The notes under the pieces were generated by a model, which did no database searches, had not been told where the DNA came from, and worked only from the letters and a program-made list of their open reading frames with translations. A program made the position numbers and the translations under genes. A DNA stretch of 64,000 nt, from assembly GCA_937863435.1 (NCBI GenBank), contig CALMES010000147.1, positions 1,639 to 65,638 on the forward strand, given 5' to 3'. This document shows positions 48,241 to 57,568 of the stretch, piece after piece (the stretch's first letter is position 1; each line of letters starts with the position of its first letter). This stretch comes from an uncultured Candidatus Peregrinibacteria bacterium (lineage in GTDB: Bacteria > Patescibacteriota > Gracilibacteria > Peribacterales > Peribacteraceae).

Positions 48241-48862
48241 CGAGATCTTCCAAATTATTGGTATGGAGCTTCGCGTTCTTGTGAGCATCTTTTCCCGTAT
48301 ACGTATGCTGTACCAGGCAACTGACCATACCGGCGGCATTGGCCGCAGCCACATCAAATTCCTGATCGCCCACATACAGACAACGATGCGGGTCAACTTT
48401 CAATTTCTTGGCTGCAAGTGTTAAGCCGTACGGGTCGGGCTTCATTCTTTCCTGCATATCATCAGCTGTGATAATTGTTTCGGTGTAGCGGCTAAATTGC
48501 ATATTTTCATCCAATGCTTCGACATATTTTTTCCACGCTCCAGTGACAATTGCAGTCGGTGCAATATTTTTTGCATACGATAAAATCGGCTCTGCGCCCT
48601 GGCGCCACTTTGCCTTGGTTTTCAGCAGGCGCAGGTAGACTTCGTCACGCTTGGCGCGCAGCTTTTCTTCCTCAGTGTTATCGATGCAATAATGTGTGAG
48701 CCATTGCGGGAGTGACCAGCCGGTTTTGTAGAGAGTGGAAAATTCACTCTTGGTCATTTTGATTTTCACCAAAGCGAATGCCTCCATGCATGCTTCTTCA
48801 TAGAGATCGACTGTCTCAACGAGCGTGCCGTCTAAATCGAAGATGATAGCGTGGAAATTCAT
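48218..48862 (-). CDS. HAD-superfamily hydrolase
   Basis: Motif I (IIFDLDGTLV) and motif IV (YVGDQEFD) are present. Confidence 0.8.
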   Translation of the reverse strand: MNFHAIIFDLDGTLVETVDLYEEACMEAFALVKIKMTKSEFSTLYKTGWSLPQWLTHYCIDNTEEEKLRAKRDEVYLRLLKTKAKWRQGAEPILSYAKNIAPTAIVTGAWKKYVEALDENMQFSRYTETIITADDMQERMKPDPYGLTLAAKKLKVDPHRCLYVGDQEFDVAAANAAGMVSCLVQHTYTGKDAHKNAKLHTNNLEDLVKILQSA

Positions 48863-48967
48863 AAAAGCGATAGGCGAGTAGCGGTAAGCGATAAGTCTCC
48901 TTACCGCTAGCCGCTTCCAGCTTACCGCTTCTTAATACTAATGCAATAAACCAATCATTTAGTCCAA

Positions 48968-50887
48968 TTAGACCTCGATAATAATCGGCATGATCATCGG
49001 CTCGCGGTCGAGTTTCTTGGAGAAGAATCGCCAGAGAGCACTCGTTACTTCGCGCTTTAAGTTTCCGATCGACTTCTCGCCACGGGCGAGAGCATCTTCG
49101 TAGGTCTTGCGGATGATTTGTGTGGCTTGCTTATTGATATCGGCCTGTTCGGAGCCGTACACAAAGCCGCGCGAGAGAATGAGCGGGTCAGACACCAGAC
49201 GCATCGACTCGGCGTATACCTTAATGGTGGCCACGAACACGCCCGCGTTGGTCATCATGCGGCGATCGTCGAGAATGCGTTCGCCATCGCCACCCGCACC
49301 GCGACCATCGATAATAATATCGTTGGCGGTGAGCTTGTGTTTGGACCTTCGAGCGGCACCTTGTGCGTCGAACTCAAGAATTTCGCCGTTAGTCAGCAGG
49401 TGCACCTGGTTTTCCTGATAGCCAATACTCTTGGCAAGATCGGCATGCGCAGCGCGCATGTAAGGTTCGCCGTGCTCCGGAATAATATGCTTGGCCCGCA
49501 CAAGGCGATGCATGAGCATGATGTCATTCTGGTAACCGTGACCGGTTGTATGGAGAGCAAGTTCCTGATTGGTAAATACTTTTGCGCCCATGAGGTGCAG
49601 GTTGTTCACCACTTTGGCAACAGCGCGTTCGTTTCCCAGAATAGGGTTGCTGCTGAGGATGACGGTATCACCCTTTTTCATGCGGACGTGCTGATGAGTG
49701 CCGAGCCCCATGCGAGCGAGACTTGCGCGCTCTTCGCCTTGGGAACCGGTTGTGAGGATTAAGACTTCGCGGTCCGGGATCTTTTCCATACCCGGCCCCA
49801 CTTTGCGGATCATGCCGCGGGGAACCTGGATATAGCCAAGACTCTGTGCGATTTCGATGTTCTCTTCCATCGAGCGGCCGGAGACAAACACCTTGCGGTT
49901 GAGTGTCTTGGCGTGTTCGATGACTTGCTGCAGGCGATTCAAGAGTGAGCTGAATGTTGAGACAATCAGACGGCCTTTGGCATCGCGCATTAAGTTAAAG
50001 AGTGTTTCGGAAATTGCTTTTTCACTGAGCGCATTGCCTGGCTTGGTCGCGTTGGTGGAGTCGGCGATGATCGCCAATACCCCTTCGTCGCCCAGTTCAG
50101 CCAGACGCTGAAAGTCGGCTGGTGGTTCATTCATCGGCGTTAAGTCGAACTTAAAGTCGCCGGTGTGCAGTATTTTTCCATACGGTGTATGGATTGCAAC
50201 CGCTGCGGAGTCGGGGATACTATGCGTGACGCGCAGGAATTCGACCTGGACCGGACCGAGCATCACTTTATCGCCGAAATTCACAGTATTCAGACGAGCC
50301 TTGCTCGTCAGCTTTTCCTCATCCAGACGCTTTTTGACAAACGCCATGGTGAGGCGTGTGCCATAGCAAGGTGGGAAATGGAGCTGTGGCAGCAAATGTT
50401 GCACAGCGCCAATATGGTCTAGGTGACCGTGGGTAAAGATAACGGCTTTGATGCGATTTTCTTTGCCCTTAAGCGAGCTGATATCGGGAATAAGGTAGTC
50501 GATACCCGGCATGTCTTCCTCCGGAAACTGCAGACCGAGGTCGACAATATAGAGGTCGCCATCCACGTCGATAACCATACAGTTGCGGCCGACTTCTTCG
50601 AAGCCGCCGAGCGGATAAATGCGCAGTCCCTTGCCCGATGCAGGAGCTGTGTGTGCTGCTTTAGGAGCAGGCTTTTGCTGTCCGCCATGACCCGAATGCT
50701 TGGGTTGCTGCTGATGCTGTCGAGGCTGCTGATTATGCGGCTTCGATGCATGCGGCTGCGAAGGAGGTACGGGTTTGCCGGTGTTTTGCGAAGCTTGCAC
50801 TGGAGACGCTTTTGCGTCTGCAGCGGGAGTAGTGGAGCCCTCTGGGCCGCCTACTACTTTCTTCACCCAATCTTGAACTGATTTCAT
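48968..50887 (-). CDS. rnj: ribonuclease J with low-complexity N-terminal extension
   Basis: The motifs RIYPLGGFEEVGRNCMV and THGHLDHIGA (beta-CASP MBL) are present. The first 85 aa or so are Pro/Gln/Lys-rich. Confidence 0.9.
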   Translation of the reverse strand: MKSVQDWVKKVVGGPEGSTTPAADAKASPVQASQNTGKPVPPSQPHASKPHNQQPRQHQQQPKHSGHGGQQKPAPKAAHTAPASGKGLRIYPLGGFEEVGRNCMVIDVDGDLYIVDLGLQFPEEDMPGIDYLIPDISSLKGKENRIKAVIFTHGHLDHIGAVQHLLPQLHFPPCYGTRLTMAFVKKRLDEEKLTSKARLNTVNFGDKVMLGPVQVEFLRVTHSIPDSAAVAIHTPYGKILHTGDFKFDLTPMNEPPADFQRLAELGDEGVLAIIADSTNATKPGNALSEKAISETLFNLMRDAKGRLIVSTFSSLLNRLQQVIEHAKTLNRKVFVSGRSMEENIEIAQSLGYIQVPRGMIRKVGPGMEKIPDREVLILTTGSQGEERASLARMGLGTHQHVRMKKGDTVILSSNPILGNERAVAKVVNNLHLMGAKVFTNQELALHTTGHGYQNDIMLMHRLVRAKHIIPEHGEPYMRAAHADLAKSIGYQENQVHLLTNGEILEFDAQGAARRSKHKLTANDIIIDGRGAGGDGERILDDRRMMTNAGVFVATIKVYAESMRLVSDPLILSRGFVYGSEQADINKQATQIIRKTYEDALARGEKSIGNLKREVTSALWRFFSKKLDREPMIMPIIIEV

Positions 50888-51090
50888 TACTTTGTTGGAA
50901 ATAAATATGTCGTGACGTACGTATCACTGTCATCATCCTACTCCGTCTTGGGATAAATAGCAAGCATGTCATTTGTCGTGCATAGTATTTTTTGGCTTAT
51001 ATTCAATAAGTTATTGGTTTTTAGAAGAGGAAACAGATGAACCAGAGGATGCAGAAGAACCAGAAGATATGATAGTTATTATCCCTCAAA

Positions 51091-51115
51091 TAGGGAGCGG
51101 CTTTTCTAGCCGCAG
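51091..51115 (+). repeat. REP-like hairpin element
   Basis: The element is TAGGGAGCGGCTTTTCTAGCCGCAG. The same core occurs at 20296-20316 and, inverted, at 11698-11724. Confidence 0.8.
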
Positions 51116-51142
51116 CGCTGTATGTAGATTTTGCAGCAAAAT

Positions 51143-51311
51143 ATGCGCAAGCGAGGTCGTCGGGACTGGTGCATAAAACGATGGCATCGTGGTGGGTGCT
51201 TTTTGCTAATTTTGCTACATCACCGCACCCGCGGTGTCTCGATATATTCTGCCGCTGAAAATTCTGATGCCATTGATCCAGCATCAAATTACGACGACCT
51301 CGCTTGCGCAT
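51143..51311. repeat. 169-bp element bounded by 20-bp perfect terminal inverted repeats
   Basis: ATGCGCAAGCGAGGTCGTCG at 51143-51162 pairs with CGACGACCTCGCTTGCGCAT at 51292-51311. Confidence 0.8.
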
Positions 51312-51445
51312 CAAAATTTCAATCGTTAGATATCATATTGAGAAATGGATGTCTCTCAATCGACTTGCGAAGCAAACTTGATTCTTGAGTGTTCACCTTG
51401 TGTTGCTTGCCGATAGCTTCCCGTACGTGTACCCTTTTTTCCTGT

Positions 51446-53470
51446 ATGAAGGTTACTGTCTCAACAGGTCACACCAAGGCTCCTGCTAGCACTCTTTTGG
51501 TGCCGATCGTTCTTGGCGGGAGTTCGGGTGAGCAGGTTTTTTTCCTGATTCAGAGCGAAGGAAAGCCTGGCGGAACGGGAAATTTGCAGGAGGAATGCGT
51601 CGCGGTTTTGACCCACAGCGTTCTGGAGGGTGAGGGGGACGCGTATACGCGTCTGGAAAGTGCGCTGAAAGAGCTGAACGGATTGCTCAAAGGCTTTCAG
51701 CTGACTGATGTGGTAAAAGATGTCAGTGCGATTGTGGGCCTTCTGGAGCCGGATGGAAATCTGCATCTGTCGCACGTGGGGCGATCCGAGGCGTATCTTG
51801 TCCGTGAAGGTGCGGCAACACAGATTACTGAATACAGTCGCGGCAAGCAGCCCGCATCATTTTTGCATATTGTTTCAGGTCCCATTGAAGGAGGGGACAA
51901 TGTGCTGCTTTCCACCCAGCGCCTGCTTCGCGAATTTACGCCGGCACAGTTAGCGCATCTTGTTACAAACGAAGAAGCACCTTTGGACGATATCGTCTCG
52001 GCGCTGGAGGCCGAAAAAGAGGCGGCATGCATCGTACACATTTCCGTTCCGCAGGGTGCTGGCAAGAAAGAACAAGACATTCCTCCGCCAGTTGCACGTC
52101 TGCACGCGCGTCACGAGGGTCGTCGATCCGCCCGCAGGCAGGGGACGAGCAATCCTGTAGCAGCATTTCTGTCATCGATACAGCTTCCGGATTTTTCCGG
52201 TGTTGCCCGTATCGGCACAATGAAGGAAAAAGTCGGTGGCAAAGTGTCGCGTGTCAAACATACGGGCGGAAAGTACGTCGCAAATTTTCTTGAGGATCTG
52301 TCTGATCCCAAGCGCAAACGGAAAGCCCATCTGCTTCTGCTCGCCGGAGCGGCCGGATTGTTCCTGGTGATGTGGCTGGTTATTCAGGTTTCGCTTATCA
52401 GTCAGAAAAGCCAGACAAGCGGCGAGCTTAAGTCTCTGATTACGCAAATCACCGCCGATATTCAGACCGCCGATAACCGCAAACTGGCCGGCGATACCGA
52501 CAGTGCGAATGCCATTTTGCAACGTGCGGAAGATCGCGCTCATCAGGTAATGGCCAACGAAACAGGCTTGTATCGCAGTGATGCTCTCAATCTCCTGGAT
52601 CAGATTCGCTCCAAGCGTGAGGAGATGAACAACATCACGCGCGTACCCCCGCGCGTCATGGCCAATCTCAGCTCCAAAAAGTCAGGTGTCAGCGCGCAGG
52701 GTATGATCGGCATTGCCGATGGTGAATTTATTGTCTATGACCGCCAGGATCTCTACCGTGTGCTCCTTAACTCGGCTGAAGGTCCGACACATCTGAATAC
52801 CGAGGAGTTGATAGTCGACGGTGCCGATTTTCCGCGCTTCCAGTCCACTGTGTATCTTACAACAGGCAACAGCGTGATTGAGGTGGCGAATAACCAGCCC
52901 ACCATCATGAAAACCGAGGATCCCAGCGGCTGGGTAACGGGCGTCGATGTCAAAACATATCTGCGCAATATGTATATTCTCTCGCCGGAGCGCAAGCAGA
53001 TCTACAAGTACGAACATCTCTCCGGCCGCTTTGGTCCATCGGCCGAATACAATGTGAACGGCGATCTGACCGGCGCGCTCGATATGGTGATTACGGGTCC
53101 TGTGTATGTACTGAAGGAAACGTTGCCCGCAACAGCTACCGCCGCCGGAGGCCGTGAGGTCATCAAGCTGCTGCGCGGAGAAAAGCAGAGCTTCTCGATT
53201 CGTAATTTGCCGCCGGGGGCACTCAACGGCGTGACGAAAATTTTCAAGTCCGGTACGAGCGGTAATTTCTATTTCCTCGACCCGACCAGCAAGCGCGTCA
53301 TTGTGACAACGAACGACGGTGATCTGGGAGATTCGCTCTACATTCGTCAGTATGTGCTGGATTCCGATCAGATAGGCAAGCTGCAGGATGTCTATGCGAA
53401 CGCCGATGACACGCGTCTCTACGTTCTTGACGAAAAGAATGTCTATTCTATCGATCTGCAGGCACGGTAG
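51446..53470 (+). CDS. membrane protein with N-terminal degenerate PP2C-like domain and large C-terminal extracytoplasmic domain
   Basis: The segment LSHVGRSEAYLVREGAATQITEYS resembles the PP2C motif GDSRAYL...QLT.DH with the Asp replaced. A central TM helix (LLLLAGAAGLFLVMWLVIQVSLI) is present. Confidence 0.5.
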   Translation: MKVTVSTGHTKAPASTLLVPIVLGGSSGEQVFFLIQSEGKPGGTGNLQEECVAVLTHSVLEGEGDAYTRLESALKELNGLLKGFQLTDVVKDVSAIVGLLEPDGNLHLSHVGRSEAYLVREGAATQITEYSRGKQPASFLHIVSGPIEGGDNVLLSTQRLLREFTPAQLAHLVTNEEAPLDDIVSALEAEKEAACIVHISVPQGAGKKEQDIPPPVARLHARHEGRRSARRQGTSNPVAAFLSSIQLPDFSGVARIGTMKEKVGGKVSRVKHTGGKYVANFLEDLSDPKRKRKAHLLLLAGAAGLFLVMWLVIQVSLISQKSQTSGELKSLITQITADIQTADNRKLAGDTDSANAILQRAEDRAHQVMANETGLYRSDALNLLDQIRSKREEMNNITRVPPRVMANLSSKKSGVSAQGMIGIADGEFIVYDRQDLYRVLLNSAEGPTHLNTEELIVDGADFPRFQSTVYLTTGNSVIEVANNQPTIMKTEDPSGWVTGVDVKTYLRNMYILSPERKQIYKYEHLSGRFGPSAEYNVNGDLTGALDMVITGPVYVLKETLPATATAAGGREVIKLLRGEKQSFSIRNLPPGALNGVTKIFKSGTSGNFYFLDPTSKRVIVTTNDGDLGDSLYIRQYVLDSDQIGKLQDVYANADDTRLYVLDEKNVYSIDLQAR

Positions 53471-53563
53471 AGGAGTAACTGCCAATTTGCCAAGGATCAA
53501 TTCCCAGGCAGCATTTGGTAGTTGGACTTTTCTACGAGCTTTCCTCGTCAAGCCGCTCTCTCA

Positions 53564-53572
53564 TGCTACTCT
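53564..53572 (+). promoter_or_regulatory. extended -10 box TGCTACTCT
   Basis: It lies 6 nt upstream of the ATG at 53579. Confidence 0.5.
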
Positions 53573-53578
53573 ATCTGT

Positions 53579-53962
53579 ATGCCCCGCATCATGGTCTTCG
53601 GCACGTTTGATCACTTTCACCCCGGTCATAAGTTTGTGCTGGATGAAGCGGGCAAGCGCGGGGAAGTGATTGTGATTGTCGCTACAGACGCTCATGTAGG
53701 TCAGATTAAAGGTCGCAAACCTGATCAAAATGAATCGCAGCGTATCCGTGTTTTGCGATCACACTATCCTGATTATACGATTGCTTTGGGTGATCCGGAT
53801 GATTTTATGGCCCCGCTGAAGCACTACAAGCCAGACCTGATTCTGTTGGGTTACGATCAGCAGATGCCGCCTGGAGTGTCGCTCGAGGATTTACCCTGTC
53901 CAATTGAGCGTTTAGCAGCATTTGAGCCGGAAAAGCATAAGAGTAGTCTGCGGAGAGGGTAA
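53579..53962 (+). CDS. cytidylyltransferase-like nucleotidyltransferase (RibL/FAD-synthase-like)
   Basis: The N-terminus IMVFGTFDHFHPGH carries the (H/T)xGH signature. Confidence 0.6.
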   Translation: MPRIMVFGTFDHFHPGHKFVLDEAGKRGEVIVIVATDAHVGQIKGRKPDQNESQRIRVLRSHYPDYTIALGDPDDFMAPLKHYKPDLILLGYDQQMPPGVSLEDLPCPIERLAAFEPEKHKSSLRRG

Positions 53963-54108
53963 GGTGGGTATTGTGTGTATGGCGCGTAAAGCGGGTTTAT
54001 TGTATGTACAATCGTTCTGATTTCTTCGTAAGCATCTGTACCCACCTTACCCACAATATCCGCCATACGCGTCTTACCCTCACCCTCGTTGAGTTTTAAC
54101 TCAAAAAC

Positions 54109-54117
54109 TGCTATAAT
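54109..54117 (+). promoter_or_regulatory. extended -10 box TGCTATAAT
   Basis: It lies 6 nt upstream of the ATG at 54124. Confidence 0.5.
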
Positions 54118-54123
54118 AACTCG

Positions 54124-54759
54124 ATGACTTTCTACAAACACCCACTTTTCAAACAAATTGCCGGCGCTGTTGCGGGCATGCTGGTGATGACTGGCGTGTA
54201 TTTTGCCATTCAGTCGGCCACGCCGCAGATGACGGCTCTTTTGATCGGCGCCGATTCACGGGTGAGCAATACGGCCGCTCGCGTAGCGGTAAATGATAAG
54301 ACGGCGGATCCGGAGCTCATTGCTCGTCTGGCATCCAAGGCCAGGGAAGTGGCGTCTCAGCTTGCCCCGGATTCATCTGCCGATACCACAACCCAAATGG
54401 AGCAGAATACGATGGAGCGTCTGGCGCGGCGCAAGCAACTCGCTCAATATGCTGCAATTGCGCAGCCGACGGTTACCACTAGCTCGGCTGCATCGCAGAC
54501 ATACATCAGCGCCAATGAGCAGGCACGCATTGCCAGGCGTCGACAGGAACTGGGTCTTGCGGCTCAGGAATTGGCGACAAAACAGGTTGCGTCCGGCCCC
54601 GGTCTGCATGCGGGTGCTGATCTCTCGCGTCCTCATGATTTAAGTCAGACCGGCATTCCGCTGCCCCTGCTGGCCGTCTTGGCACTTATTGGCACATCGG
54701 GCATATCTCTCTGGCTCCGTCGTGGCAGATTGTTTGCTATGGAGAAGGCAAAAAACTAG
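54124..54759 (+). CDS. hypothetical protein with N-terminal anchor and LPxTG-like C-terminal signal
   Basis: An N-terminal TM helix is present. The C-terminus is DLSQTG followed by a hydrophobic stretch and RRGR. Confidence 0.55.
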   Translation: MTFYKHPLFKQIAGAVAGMLVMTGVYFAIQSATPQMTALLIGADSRVSNTAARVAVNDKTADPELIARLASKAREVASQLAPDSSADTTTQMEQNTMERLARRKQLAQYAAIAQPTVTTSSAASQTYISANEQARIARRRQELGLAAQELATKQVASGPGLHAGADLSRPHDLSQTGIPLPLLAVLALIGTSGISLWLRRGRLFAMEKAKN

Positions 54760-54768
54760 TATAGAGGT

Positions 54769-55575
54769 GTGTCACTCCTCTTTACAGCAGTACTGTTTGT
54801 TGTCTTCGGATTAGTTTTCGGCAGCTTTGGAAATGCGACTGCCATTCGTCTGGCCAAAGGCGAGAGTCTTGGCGGGCGTTCGCACTGTCCGCACTGTATG
54901 CATGTCATTGCATGGTACGATTTGTTTCCGGTGTTCAGTTACTTGCTGCTTGGGGGTAGATGCCGCAACTGCAAAAAACCGATCGCGCTGCAGTATTTCA
55001 TGATGGAACTTGCTTGTTCGGTGCTTTTTTTACTCGCGCTCGCCTCCTCCCCGCACAATGTTCCTGCAGCTGTCTCAACGGCTATCGTCTTTTTCGGACT
55101 GCTGCTCATATGCGTGTTCGATTTCCATCACCAGCAAATCCCCGATGCGTTTACGGCCATCGTCTTCGTCGGTGCAGTCGCGTCCATTTTACTGCGGGGC
55201 TACAGCGCCATTCCCGACGCACTGACCGGAGCGGCTATTGGCATTATCTGGTTTGGATTCCAGTGGGTGATCAGCCGCGGGACACTCGTCGGCTCCGGTG
55301 ATATCTGGCTTGCGGGCGCGATTGGTATCTGGCTGGGATCCGGTGCCACCGTCACCATGCTCATGGTCAGCTACATTGTGGGTGCCATTGTGGCGTCGTA
55401 CCTCATTCTCACCAAGAAAATGGCGCTCAAAAAAAGCTATCTGCCGTTTGCGCCGTTCATGGCAACCGGTTCGATCATTGCGTTCATAGGTTTCAATAAT
55501 TTACCGCTGGCATTACTCGTGATTGCCTTCCTGGGAATTTCGAATGCGTATTTGGCGTTGATGATCGGGGATTAA
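54769..55575 (+). CDS. pilD: prepilin peptidase (A24 family)
   Basis: The start is GTG. The zinc-binding Cys pairs CPHC...CRNC are present, and the protein is multi-TM. Confidence 0.85.
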   Translation: MSLLFTAVLFVVFGLVFGSFGNATAIRLAKGESLGGRSHCPHCMHVIAWYDLFPVFSYLLLGGRCRNCKKPIALQYFMMELACSVLFLLALASSPHNVPAAVSTAIVFFGLLLICVFDFHHQQIPDAFTAIVFVGAVASILLRGYSAIPDALTGAAIGIIWFGFQWVISRGTLVGSGDIWLAGAIGIWLGSGATVTMLMVSYIVGAIVASYLILTKKMALKKSYLPFAPFMATGSIIAFIGFNNLPLALLVIAFLGISNAYLALMIGD

Positions 55576-55648
55576 ATGAGGATGAGAGGATGCGAAGATG
55601 TGCGCCAGCGAGGTTGTCTGAGCAGGTGACTGACTTTATGGCATCATA

Positions 55649-55715
55649 AATTACGAATTACGAATTACGAATTACGAATTACGAATTACGAATTACGAAT
55701 TACGAATTACGAATT
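55649..55715. repeat. heptanucleotide microsatellite (AATTACG)x9 plus partial unit
   Basis: There are nine perfect tandem copies at 55649-55711 followed by AATT. The tract lies in a convergent intergenic region. Confidence 0.95.
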
Positions 55716-56047
55716 TTCAATGATGCATAAATTGTCACTGTTTTCAACGCAGGCCTGTTCGCACTTCGTCATTCGAGCTTCGTACATCGTGTACAAAAAA
55801 ATCGAGGGCTCGACCTAGAAAGGGAACCCCCGAAGATGTATCAGCTGATACATGTTCGGCTGCCCCACAAGGGGGTGATCCCTTCGTTTCAATGGATACA
55901 GAGTATCAACTGGAACGAAGAGACCGCGAACAAATAACAGGGCTGATAGGCAAATCATACTGTTTTTAGGGGATTTGTCAATAATTCTTGCCTTTCTTTT
56001 GTTAGGACTCTATTGAGGTCAAAAATCAACTATTGCGGCTCCCAGAC

Positions 56048-56779
56048 TCATCGAATATCGGTATGATTCTTGGTAATAGGCCGTTTGAGTACTGCTTCCG
56101 CCAGATAATTGGCTACATAGGTGGCGCCAGAGCGTACAAAACCTTGATTTTTGAGTCTGCGAGCGGATGTATAGTTGTAGAAAGACGGATGAAACCGCAC
56201 TTTCCCAACCGCATGCAGGCGGCGAGCCAAATCGGCATCGTCGCCGTAGAACGTAATCGTCGTATCGAAGCCGTCGATGGCTTCCAGAGCAGCGCGGCGA
56301 ACGGCGAAGTTGCCACCCACAACCATGTATCGTGTGAGCAGGTAAGCGGGAAATGCCAGGCAGTTCCAGTACATTTTCACACATGCGTTCTGCCATTTAC
56401 GCAGATCTGTAAAGCGGTACGGCCCGCTTAAGCAGGCGAGTTTTGGCTGCCTGGAGAATTGCTTGTTGATGAAGGCAAACCACTGCGCCGACACCATGCT
56501 GTCGGCATCGATAAACGCCAGAATATTGCCGCTCGATTCGGTAAATCCGCGCTGACGGGCAGCGGACGTGCCCTTGATTTTTTCTTCCACCAGACGAATG
56601 CCGGGCATGGAGCGTACAATCGAAGCGGTTGAGTCTGTGCTGTTGTTATCCACGACAATTACTTCGCATACGTTGGGCGTTTTGGCAGCAAGAATACTCT
56701 GGAGGCATTTCCCGATGTATTGCTCCTCATTGTATGCCGGCACGATGACGCTGATGCGCAGCTGGATCATGGGAGGCAT
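56048..56779 (-). CDS. family 2 glycosyltransferase
   Basis: The motif ISVIVPAYNEEQYIGKCLQSI and the DAD motif (FIDADS) are present. Confidence 0.85.
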   Translation of the reverse strand: MPPMIQLRISVIVPAYNEEQYIGKCLQSILAAKTPNVCEVIVVDNNSTDSTASIVRSMPGIRLVEEKIKGTSAARQRGFTESSGNILAFIDADSMVSAQWFAFINKQFSRQPKLACLSGPYRFTDLRKWQNACVKMYWNCLAFPAYLLTRYMVVGGNFAVRRAALEAIDGFDTTITFYGDDADLARRLHAVGKVRFHPSFYNYTSARRLKNQGFVRSGATYVANYLAEAVLKRPITKNHTDIR

Positions 56780-56946
56780 TGTGCGAGAGGAGTGGGAGGA
56801 TAGCAAGTACGGTAATTACCAATTACCAAAGACCAACTACCAAACATCAATTATTATACTGTTGGGAGTTGGCGTATTGGCAGTTGGTAGTTTTCCAGAA
56901 AGCATCTTCTACAGCCACCGCTCCTGTATCATGTTATTCTTTCACC

Positions 56947-57387
56947 ATGAAGGTTGTCGCCAAAAACCGTCGGGCACTGTTCGATTTTGAAATTCTGGAA
57001 ACGATCGAAGCAGGGATGATTCTCACTGGCCAAGAGGCAAAGTCGGTGCGGATGGGTCATGCCAATTTGGCCGGAGCGTACGTGTCTTTTTTGCACGGGA
57101 AGCCGATTCTCAAAAACGCCAGCATTTCGCCCTACGCGTTTGCATCGAATCTCGATGGCTATGATCCTGGTCGTGAACGTCCTCTGCTCCTTAAAAAGCG
57201 GGAGATTGAGAAATTGAATGCCCAGACAGCCGAGCGGGGCATCTCTATTGTGCCGCTGGAAATCCGTGCGGGGAAGTTCATTAAAATTGCACTTGGCATT
57301 GGTCGCGGCCAGAAGCGACTCGATAAGCGGCAGAAGATCAAAGAACGCGATATGGATAGAAGAATGAGGACAGGAAGGGAATTGTAG
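56947..57387 (+). CDS. smpB: SsrA-binding protein
   Basis: The N-terminus is MKVVAKNRRALFDFEILETIEAGMILTGQEAKS. TATTCT lies 6 nt upstream of the ATG. Confidence 0.9.
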   Translation: MKVVAKNRRALFDFEILETIEAGMILTGQEAKSVRMGHANLAGAYVSFLHGKPILKNASISPYAFASNLDGYDPGRERPLLLKKREIEKLNAQTAERGISIVPLEIRAGKFIKIALGIGRGQKRLDKRQKIKERDMDRRMRTGREL

Positions 57388-57389
57388 TA

Positions 57390-57530
57390 AATTCCAAGAT
57401 ACAAGATACAAATTTCAAAAAGAACCAATTATCAATGATCAGCTATAACAACTATTGGAACTTGCTCTCTGTTATTTTTTGATGCTTGTTTCTTGTATTT
57501 TGATGCTTTTTTATCTTGTATCTTGGAATT
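57390..57530. repeat. 141-bp element with 19-bp perfect terminal inverted repeats of CAAGATA words
   Basis: AATTCCAAGATACAAGATA at 57390-57408 pairs with TATCTTGTATCTTGGAATT at 57512-57530. Confidence 0.85.
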
Positions 57531-57568
57531 TTAAGCTTGAGTCTGTACATTCGTCTACACTCTCATCT

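Noticed and set aside
52682-53551. A 289-aa antisense ORF, and similar long antisense ORFs at 37814-38725, 35333-35998, 60735-61526 and 6885-7727
   Set aside because: All are embedded opposite longer ORFs that have signal peptides or conserved domains. None has a recognisable motif.
55649-55715. The possibility that the tandem repeats represent a CRISPR array
   Set aside because: The units are 7 nt, directly abutting and without spacers. No cas genes are present in the window.
55576-56946. Search for tmRNA (ssrA) next to smpB
   Set aside because: No GGGGCTGA-type 5-prime end is paired with a tRNA-like T-arm and CCACCA 3-prime end on either strand of the flanking intergenic regions.
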